A stretch of DNA of 64,000 nt from an uncultured Clostridia bacterium (GTDB lineage: Bacteria; Bacillota; Clostridia; Oscillospirales; CAG-272): contig CANRIL010000001.1 of NCBI GenBank assembly GCA_947630625.1, forward strand, positions 113,574 through 177,573, written 5' to 3'. Below, piece after piece: positions 57,372-64,000 of this stretch. Made by a program: the position numbers and the translations under genes. The notes under the pieces are model-generated. The model was not told where the DNA came from. It saw only the letters and a program-made list of their open reading frames with translations, and made no database searches. Numbering within the stretch: the stretch's first letter is position 1; each line of letters opens with the position of its first letter.

Positions 57372-58233
57372 TGTCCGTTTCCTTATTGTAGATCTCGTAT
57401 TCGTCCCAGACGCTTTCAAGCTTTGCAAACGTCTCCGCCAGCTCGTCCTTTTTCTTGCGGCTGATGCCGACGATGAGAGCGTTTATGAGCGAGAGCGGCG
57501 CGACGAGCGAATCTACGAACGACGCCATATCGCTCTTTGCGAAAAGGAGCCTGTCCGAGAGCCCGACGATCGGAGAACCCATGCCGTCAGTTATGCCGAT
57601 TATCTCAGCGCCGTGATTCTTCGCAAATGAAACGCCCTTTACGATGCGTTTTGAATACCTTGGGAACGTGATCGCGATCAGAACGTCGCCCTCCCCGATG
57701 CGGAGCAGCTGTTCGAGCACCGTGCTTTCGGAAGATGAATCGACGTGCACGACTTTGTCAAATACGAGCGTCAGATTGTGAGAGAGCATATCGGCAAGCA
57801 TCGACGACGTTCCGGCGCCCGCGATATAGATTTTTCTCGCGCCGACGATCGTGTCAAGCGTTTTGTCGAAATCCTCCGTCTTGTTGCACTCGATCGTTGA
57901 TTTGATGCGCGCCATGTCAGCCGAAAGCGTGCGCTCAAGCACATCGTCGTCCCCGATCATCTCATCCGTCATTTCGATCCGCTGTACGGATGTGAGCATT
58001 GAGCGGACAGATTCGCGGAGCGCGTACAAGAATTCGGGGTACCCTTCAAACCCGAGCTCGCTCGCGAAACGGACGACAGTCGATTCCGAAACTCCGGCAG
58101 CTTCGCCGAGCTTTGACGCGGTCATGTACGCGGCCTTTTCATAATGGAGCAGTATGTACTCGGAAATGCGCTTCTGTCCCTTCGACATACTTCCCATTCC
58201 GGCCCTGATCAAGCTAAGAATATTATTATTCAT
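57364..58233 (-). CDS. MurR/RpiR-family transcriptional regulator (HTH + SIS)
   Basis: VSESTVVRFA..LGFEGY, FPRYS, ITD..SP. Confidence 0.92.
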   Translation of the reverse strand: MNNNILSLIRAGMGSMSKGQKRISEYILLHYEKAAYMTASKLGEAAGVSESTVVRFASELGFEGYPEFLYALRESVRSMLTSVQRIEMTDEMIGDDDVLERTLSADMARIKSTIECNKTEDFDKTLDTIVGARKIYIAGAGTSSMLADMLSHNLTLVFDKVVHVDSSSESTVLEQLLRIGEGDVLIAITFPRYSKRIVKGVSFAKNHGAEIIGITDGMGSPIVGLSDRLLFAKSDMASFVDSLVAPLSLINALIVGISRKKKDELAETFAKLESVWDEYEIYNKETDNV

Positions 58234-58291
58234 CGAAAATCACCTCTGGCTTATTCCCTTTCGGGAATAAGCAAAAGTCCATACGCATTTT

Positions 58292-58320
58292 ATTATAGAT
58301 TGCTTCGTCATAAATGTCAA
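58292..58320 (-). promoter_or_regulatory. consensus sigma-A promoter of the rpiR-cmk operon
   Basis: Minus strand TTGACA-N17-TATAAT. Confidence 0.85.
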
Positions 58321-58454
58321 GTATATTTGCGTCACAAAGTTAAACTATTTATATTATAAATCAAGTGAAATCGCCGATATAAGGCCGTCGCAGGCGAAAG
58401 ACATGCCGGGTTGGCGCTGTTTTTTGCCGTAATTTTAAATGAAGCTTATAGGTA

Positions 58455-58483
58455 TTGATTTTTTCTCTTTCACGTGGTATAAT
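58455..58483 (+). promoter_or_regulatory. sigma-A promoter of the SRP RNA
   Basis: TTGATT-N17-TATAAT with extended TG. Confidence 0.75.
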
Positions 58484-58491
58484 AGCGCATA

Positions 58492-58792
58492 GGGTCGTGT
58501 TGTAAGGCCATACGAACCGGGGAGCCAGCGGTGCCTTGTACCTGAAATCCGCTATATGCAGGGGCAGATTCCCGGGAGTGAGGGATATTTCCGTGCGGCT
58601 TGCGCCGTGTGGAGCCGTGTTGAAGGATGGGTCCCGCGCAATCGAAGGCTGTGAACCATGTCAGGTGGGGAACCAAGCAGCATTAAGCAGTTTTTTCGAT
58701 GTGCCGCGGGCGCGCCTCTCCCGAGCGGCTTGCACTGTTAACACGCATGCGGGTATTTCGAACCTCGGGTGTATGGTCTTACAAAGCGACCC
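58492..58792 (+). ncRNA. ffs: signal recognition particle RNA, large (Alu-containing) bacterial type
   Basis: Helix 8 TCAGG-TGG-GGAA-CCA-AGCAGCA; Alu-like GGGGAGCCAGCGGTGCC...AATCCGCT; 5'/3' closing stem; canonical position upstream of dnaX. Confidence 0.9.
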
Positions 58793-58823
58793 TTTTATTT
58801 TTTTAACGGAGGTCACAGAAAAG

Positions 58824-60443
58824 ATGTATCTCGCGCTGTACCGCAAGTATAGGTCGGTCAATTTTGACGATGTGTGCGGGCAAACCCACGTTACCTCGAC
58901 TTTGAAATACGAGGTCGAGCATGGCATGATATCGCATGCGTATCTTTTCTCAGGCCCCAGAGGAACCGGAAAGACTTCGTGCGCAAAAATTCTTTCCCGC
59001 GCCGTCAACTGCGAGCATCCCGTGAACGGCAATCCGTGCAACGTCTGCCCTTCGTGCAGAAGCATTCTCGCAGGTTCTGCCGTCGATGTCGTTGAAATGG
59101 ATGCCGCGAGCAACAACGGCGTCGACAACATCCGCGACATCCGCGACGAGGTGATATATACGCCCGCCGAGCTGCGGTACCGCGTCTACATCGTCGACGA
59201 GGTGCATATGCTCTCCGCCTCCGCGTTCAACGCGCTGCTTAAAACGCTTGAGGAGCCGCCGGCGCATGTGATCTTCATCCTTGCGACAACCGAGCTTTAT
59301 AAGCTGCCGGAAACAGTGATCTCCCGCTGCCAGCGCTTTGATTTTCACCGCCTGACCGTCCCCGTCATCTCCGAACGGCTGAAAAAAATCGTCGAGGCGG
59401 AGGGACTGACGGCGACGCGCGGCGCGCTCGATGAGCTTGCCCGCATTTCAAACGGCGGCATGCGTGACGCGATATCGAATCTTGAGCTCTGTGCGGGGCG
59501 GCACACTGAAATAAATGAAGCGCTCGTCTCGGACGTGTTCGGCAAGCTCGGATATGAGCAGGTCGCCGCCGCCGCGCGCGCGGTTTCGACAAAGGATTAC
59601 GACGCTGTCTTTTCGATAATCAACGAGCTGTCCGCCGCCGGGCGCGACATAGGCGTATTTTGGGATGAGCTGTCGTCATTTTACCGGGATATGCTCATAA
59701 TGAAGACGACAAAGTCGCCGGACAGGTATCTCGATATATCCGAAACTTCCATGGAAACGCTGAAAAAGACAGCTTCCCTCTTCTCCGTCGCCGACCTTTT
59801 ATATCAGTGCAGGCTGATCGACGACGCCGCCGCGGACATCGCGAAAAAGACGGGCTCAAAGCGCCTCTCGGCAGAGCTCGCGCTCGTCAGGATGTGCGAC
59901 CCGTCGCTCTCCCTCGAACCTGATGCGCTGCTTTCGCGAATGGCGCAGCTCGAGGACAGGCTCGCCCTTCTCTCCGCCGGGAAAGCCCCAGCGCAGCCAG
60001 TACAATTAGAACAGACCGCCGAAGAAAAGAACAGCATGCCCGAAAACAGCTACCCGTCGAATAATAAAAAAGACGGAGCAAGCGTTCAGGTCGGAAAAGA
60101 CGGTCAGCCGAAAGCTGCCGTCAACACGGGTGCGGAACCTGAGCCCCAAGCGCCGAAAGCGCGCGAACCGATCCCTTATTTCAGCGACCTGATCTCGCGC
60201 GCCGCCGAGCGAAACAGCTTTATCGAGGGCTTCCGCCAGTTCATCAGCGGATGGAGAGTACCCGGCGGATTTTTGATCGAATGCGACAATCCCTTCACCG
60301 CGAAGGTCTGCACCGACAACAAGCCGATGCTGACGGAGCTATTCACAATATTTGAAGGGCGGCTCGTCAGCGAGGACGAGATAACGATAACGGTAAAATC
60401 GGGCGGCGGGCATCACACGCCGGTCAGCCTTGACACTTTTTAA
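58824..60443 (+). CDS. dnaX: DNA polymerase III subunit gamma/tau
   Basis: MYLALYRKYR, GPRGTGKT, DEVHML, SRCQRF, GGMRDA; SD GGAGG. Confidence 0.96.
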   Translation: MYLALYRKYRSVNFDDVCGQTHVTSTLKYEVEHGMISHAYLFSGPRGTGKTSCAKILSRAVNCEHPVNGNPCNVCPSCRSILAGSAVDVVEMDAASNNGVDNIRDIRDEVIYTPAELRYRVYIVDEVHMLSASAFNALLKTLEEPPAHVIFILATTELYKLPETVISRCQRFDFHRLTVPVISERLKKIVEAEGLTATRGALDELARISNGGMRDAISNLELCAGRHTEINEALVSDVFGKLGYEQVAAAARAVSTKDYDAVFSIINELSAAGRDIGVFWDELSSFYRDMLIMKTTKSPDRYLDISETSMETLKKTASLFSVADLLYQCRLIDDAAADIAKKTGSKRLSAELALVRMCDPSLSLEPDALLSRMAQLEDRLALLSAGKAPAQPVQLEQTAEEKNSMPENSYPSNNKKDGASVQVGKDGQPKAAVNTGAEPEPQAPKAREPIPYFSDLISRAAERNSFIEGFRQFISGWRVPGGFLIECDNPFTAKVCTDNKPMLTELFTIFEGRLVSEDEITITVKSGGGHHTPVSLDTF

Positions 60444-60470
60444 AATATAATTAATGAAAGGCGAGAAAGC

Positions 60471-60818
60471 ATGAAAGCCAGAATACCGAAAGCAGGCGGC
60501 GGAGCCGCCAATATGGATCAGATGATCCGTCAGGCGCACAAGATGCAGGAACAGATGGAGGCGCTTCAGGCTGACCTTGACGCGCGCGAATACGAAATTT
60601 CCGCGGGCGGCGGCATGGTCAAGCTGAAGATCAACGGTCAGAAGACGATCACGTCTCTTGAAATCTCCCCTGAGATCGTCGACCCCGACGATGTTGAGAC
60701 GCTTTCAGACATAATCACCGCAGCCGTCAATCAGGCGATAAAGCAGGTCGAGGACACGAACGCGCAGGAGATGCAGAAGATCACCGGCGGAATCGGGCTC
60801 CCCGGCGGGATATTCTAA
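60471..60818 (+). CDS. ybaB: YbaB/EbfC nucleoid-associated protein
   Basis: QA.KMQ..M, AGGGMV, DPDDVETLSD; dnaX-ybaB-recR synteny. Confidence 0.93.
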   Translation: MKARIPKAGGGAANMDQMIRQAHKMQEQMEALQADLDAREYEISAGGGMVKLKINGQKTITSLEISPEIVDPDDVETLSDIITAAVNQAIKQVEDTNAQEMQKITGGIGLPGGIF

Positions 60819-60821
60819 GAG

Positions 60822-61421
60822 ATGTCTTCATATATTGAGCCGATCGAGCTGCTTGCGGAGCAGTTCCGCCGCCTCCCCGGAGTCGGCAAAAAATCAGCCG
60901 TCCGGATGGCGTTCTCCGTGCTTGAGATGTCCGTTGACGACGCGAAGGCATTTTCAGACGCGATAATGAACGCCAAGACGAGCGTTCACTTATGCCCTGT
61001 ATGCGGCAACATGACGGACGGCGATATCTGTTCGGTATGCAGCGATGAAAGCCGCGACAGGACTGTGATCTGCGTCGTCGAGAATTCGCGGGACGTTATC
61101 GCGCTTGAGCGCGTCCGTGAATATAACGGGCTTTATCACGTGCTCGGCGGCGTCATTTCCCCGCTTGCTGGGATCGCGCCGTCTGACCTCAATGTGGAGA
61201 CGCTGCTCACCCGCGTTGCAGGCGGCGAGGTCAAGGAGGTAATAATCGCGACAAATCCGAACGTTGAGGGCGAAACGACGGCGATGTACATATCAAAGCT
61301 TCTCTCCCCGCTCGGCGTCAAAACGTCGCGCCTCGCATACGGCATACCTGTCGGCGGCGATCTTGAATACGCCGACGAGGTGACGCTGAACCGCGCGATC
61401 GAAGGCAGACGGGAAATTTGA
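60822..61421 (+). CDS. recR: recombination protein RecR
   Basis: LPGVGKKSA, C4 zinc finger, YHVLGG, EGETTA, GGDLEYAD. Confidence 0.97.
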   Translation: MSSYIEPIELLAEQFRRLPGVGKKSAVRMAFSVLEMSVDDAKAFSDAIMNAKTSVHLCPVCGNMTDGDICSVCSDESRDRTVICVVENSRDVIALERVREYNGLYHVLGGVISPLAGIAPSDLNVETLLTRVAGGEVKEVIIATNPNVEGETTAMYISKLLSPLGVKTSRLAYGIPVGGDLEYADEVTLNRAIEGRREI

Positions 61422-61440
61422 TCATAATCAAAAAGAGAAT

Positions 61441-61486
61441 ATCGCGGAGAGAAAACTTTTCGGCAGTTTCTCCCCGCGATTTTTTA
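61441..61486 (+). terminator. terminator after recR
   Basis: ATCGCGG.GAGAAA..TTTCTC.CCGCGAT followed by a T-run. Confidence 0.7.
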
Positions 61487-61591
61487 TAATTTGCGTTTTT
61501 TATCAATTTTTCGACATTTAAGGTTGCGTTTTCGCAATAATGCGTTACATTATTTATAAGGAGAGTTATATAAACAAGAAAGGAGAAGGTC

Positions 61592-62149
61592 ATGGAAGAC
61601 AGCGGCATTATTGAATTGTTTTTTGATCGCGATGAGCAGGCGATCTCAAGGTCGATTGAGAAATACGGCTCATATCTTCATACGATAGCCAAAAACATAC
61701 TCGGCAGCAAAGAAGACGCAGAAGAGTGCGTCAACGAGACGTGGCTTGCCGCATGGAACAATATTCCGCCCGAAAGACCCGGCTGTCTGCGCGCTTATTT
61801 TGCGAAGATAACGCGAAACATTGCAACAAACATGTATCGCAGAAACAACAGCAAAAAGCGCGGCGGCGGACAAATCGGCGTTGTCTTCGAAGAGCTCTCC
61901 GAATGTATTTCCGATAATATGTCGGCGGAGGACGAAATCGAGAATAAGGAGCTCGTTTTGTATATCAACCGCTTCCTTGATTCTCTTACGGAGCGCGACA
62001 GGGTGATGTTTGTGCGAAGATATTTCTTCGCCGACGACATCGGGGAGATTTCCGTCAGGTTTGGCGTCAGGGACAATTATATTCGGGCCGTACTCTCAAA
62101 GACACGGCGCAAGCTGAAAAAATATCTGGAGGAGGTTTATTTTAAATGA
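61592..62149 (+). CDS. ECF RNA polymerase sigma-70 factor
   Basis: DAEECVNETWLAAW, ITRN.A, region 4 FVRRYF...SKTRRKLK. Confidence 0.92.
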   Translation: MEDSGIIELFFDRDEQAISRSIEKYGSYLHTIAKNILGSKEDAEECVNETWLAAWNNIPPERPGCLRAYFAKITRNIATNMYRRNNSKKRGGGQIGVVFEELSECISDNMSAEDEIENKELVLYINRFLDSLTERDRVMFVRRYFFADDIGEISVRFGVRDNYIRAVLSKTRRKLKKYLEEVYFK

Positions 62150-62787
62150 AAAACGACAATCTATTTGACGCCTTCGGAAGTATTGACGACCGTTTCATCG
62201 AAGAGGCGGAAAAGGTTCACGTCGAAAAAAAGCGGGACAGCCGTCAGCTATATTTCAGCCGCTTCGCGATGACGGCGTGCATGCTGCTGCTCGTCGTCTC
62301 GATCACACTGTCCTTATACCTGTTTTCAGACCGTACAACTCCGGGCGACGATGTTTATTTCACTGAACCGAACATAACGGCGAACACCGCCGAAACGGAA
62401 ACCGCAGTAAAAAACAACGGCGATTTCATCATTAAAGACGGTGTTCTGATCAGTTATATCGGGCACGGCGGGATCGTGACGATCCCGGACAGCGTATCAG
62501 CGATCTCAGGCGGTGCGTTTATCGGTTCGGAAAATATAACGCATCTTATTCTGGGGAAAAATATTTCGTCGATCGACCCGCTGGCGCTTCGGGAACTGAC
62601 CTCGCTCAAAAATATCACCGTAAGCAGGTGGAACGAGCATTTCAAAGTGTCAAACGGGAAGCTGTTTGAAAAAACTGACGACGGGATATTCGTTCTTATG
62701 AGATTCGGCAAGAAGAGCGACGAGAAGATACTCGGACTCAAAACTTTATACGCGACCCCGATGTTTTCGCTCTATTGTGAAAATTGA
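62146..62787 (+). CDS. probable anti-sigma factor with TM helix and BspA-type LRR segment
   Basis: IDDRFIEEA N-terminus, single TM, VTIPDSVSAI..AF and LGKNISSI..AL repeats; coupled to the ECF sigma. Confidence 0.7.
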   Translation: MKNDNLFDAFGSIDDRFIEEAEKVHVEKKRDSRQLYFSRFAMTACMLLLVVSITLSLYLFSDRTTPGDDVYFTEPNITANTAETETAVKNNGDFIIKDGVLISYIGHGGIVTIPDSVSAISGGAFIGSENITHLILGKNISSIDPLALRELTSLKNITVSRWNEHFKVSNGKLFEKTDDGIFVLMRFGKKSDEKILGLKTLYATPMFSLYCEN

Positions 62788-62819
62788 ACCGTTCGGCTCG
62801 AATTTGGCGCTTCCCTGTC

Positions 62820-63572
62820 TTATTTTATTAGACGGCGAAGCGCCTCGACCGCGATTTTGATCGAGCCGTCCGTATCGTGGCAGTCGGGGTCCGATATGCC
62901 GAGCGACTTGCGCTCCTGGTTCCAGACGCATGTGAGAACGGTCCCGGCGCGGACGCCGAGAGCTGATGCGACCGTGAATATCGCCGCAGATTCCATCTCG
63001 CTCGCAAGGACGCCGAGGCGGCGCCACGCGTTCCATTTATATAAAAGCTCGTCAGCTACAGGCATGCGCTCAGGCGAATGCTGCCCGTAAAACGAATCCT
63101 TGCACTGGACGACGCCGACATGGCGGCGGATGCCGAGCGCGTCAGCCGCACCTGTCAACGCGCACGTCACCTCAAAGTCGGCGACAGCCGGAAATTCGAT
63201 CGGCGCGTATTCGCGGCTCGTTCCCTCCGCGCGGACGGCTCCCGTCGCGATCACAGCATCCCCGGCGACGATGTCCGTGCGGATGCCGCCGCACGTTCCG
63301 ACGCGGATGAACGTGTGCGCGCCGAGCGCGACCGCCTCCTCCATCGCGATAGACGCGCTTGCGCCGCCGATCCCGGTCGACAGCACGGAGACTGTTTTAC
63401 CTTCAAGCGTCCCTGTGTAAGTTACAAATTCGCGGTTCGTCACGACGTGGCGCGCGCCGTCGAAGTATTTGGCGATCAGCTCGCATCTGCCTGGGTCGCC
63501 GGGGATTATAACGTATTCCCCGATGTCGCCCTTTCTGCACGCTATGTGGTACTGTTTTTCATTTACTTCCAT
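62820..63572 (-). CDS. udp: uridine phosphorylase
   Basis: [36 protein letters not shown]. Confidence 0.93.
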   Translation of the reverse strand: MEVNEKQYHIACRKGDIGEYVIIPGDPGRCELIAKYFDGARHVVTNREFVTYTGTLEGKTVSVLSTGIGGASASIAMEEAVALGAHTFIRVGTCGGIRTDIVAGDAVIATGAVRAEGTSREYAPIEFPAVADFEVTCALTGAADALGIRRHVGVVQCKDSFYGQHSPERMPVADELLYKWNAWRRLGVLASEMESAAIFTVASALGVRAGTVLTCVWNQERKSLGISDPDCHDTDGSIKIAVEALRRLIK

Positions 63573-63632
63573 ACGGTCGTCCTCCTTAAGAAAATTAAAG
63601 CCCCGCGGCGCGGCGCGCCGGGGAGGTAAAGC

Positions 63633-63672
63633 AAAGGGGAAAAGCTTTTTACGAAGAAGCTTTTCCCCTTTA
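63633..63672 (-). terminator. hairpin/terminator between the acidic protein gene and udp
   Basis: AAAGGGGAAAAGCTT...AAGCTTTTCCCCTTT inverted repeat. Confidence 0.6.
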
Positions 63673-63685
63673 TAATTGCTATTTA

Positions 63686-64000
63686 TCAGTCAGCGTCAGA
63701 GAAGTGCTTGTCGCATGCAGGGCAGATCATGTCCTTGGGGTCGATGTCGGGATCGAAATAGACTGTCTCGCCGCAGTGCGGGCACACGACCTCATAATAA
63801 TCCTCGTCGCAACCTTCGCACTCGTCGCAGTCGCAGTCGCATTCCTCGTCGTCATCGTCCTCGTCGTACCAGTCATCATCGTCGTCGCAGCAGCAGTCGT
63901 CGTCATCGTCACATTCGAAAACTACTCTTTCAACGTCGCCGAGATCGTGGTCGAGCTCTTCAGCGTATTCGGAAAGCTCAGAGATATCGTCCTCAACATC
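63686..64000 (-). CDS. acidic protein with C-terminal zinc ribbon (CD1247-like), 5'-truncated by the window edge
   Basis: Open frame [24 protein letters not shown]...[12 protein letters not shown]...[10 protein letters not shown]...[12 protein letters not shown]; not in the ORF track because its start lies outside the window. Confidence 0.75.
   Translation of the reverse strand, partial: DVEDDISELSEYAEELDHDLGDVERVVFECDDDDDCCCDDDDDWYDEDDDDEECDCDCDECEGCDEDYYEVVCPHCGETVYFDPDIDPKDMICPACDKHFSDAD

Noticed and set aside
58536-58823. N-terminal extension of DnaX in the ORF track
   Set aside because: It overlaps the SRP RNA; the real start is MYLALYRK at 58824 with SD GGAGG
59760-60075. dnaX -1 frameshift site producing gamma
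   Set aside because: A-runs here are G_AAA_AAG or T_AAA_AAA, not an in-phase A_AAA_AAG heptamer, and no clear stimulatory stem is visible
63800-63915. TCG/TCA trinucleotide-like repeat
   Set aside because: Explained by Asp/Cys/Glu-rich coding sequence on the minus strand

Overview
Chromosomal window from a spore-forming, moderately GC-rich Clostridia-type Firmicute (spoIIID, ispH-rpsA fusion, large SRP RNA upstream of dnaX-ybaB-recR, sigma-A promoters). It is mostly core metabolism and housekeeping: asparagine synthetase, a BceRS-BceAB-type module, an ABC exporter, cysteine desulfurase, GH106- and GH127-like hydrolases, three tRNAs, coaX-panT, rnhA, murA, galM/galE, folD, lgt, a 2420-aa cyclic beta-1,2-glucan synthase-like protein, prfB, the cmk-plsC-ispH/rpsA operon and udp. 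The unexplained parts are: (i) a visibly AT-richer run of short, co-oriented, unrelated genes at 1-4128 (including an aac(6')-like gene and a gene fragment) that looks like a cassette array and ends in a transposase-less IS200/IS605-like remnant; (ii) a dense array of GNA/GNRA-loop hairpins, a perfect four-way junction and 133-135 bp tandem units upstream of a frameshift-less prfB (46160-46605); (iii) an orphan ~105-nt rod hairpin (11192-11296); (iv) a BlaI plus nuclease-like gene pair bracketed by 11-bp direct repeats; (v) a perfect 13-bp inverted repeat and a structured leader at coaX/panT; (vi) an apparently catalytically dead CpsB-like protein. All product calls come from motif recognition by eye; no database searches were run.
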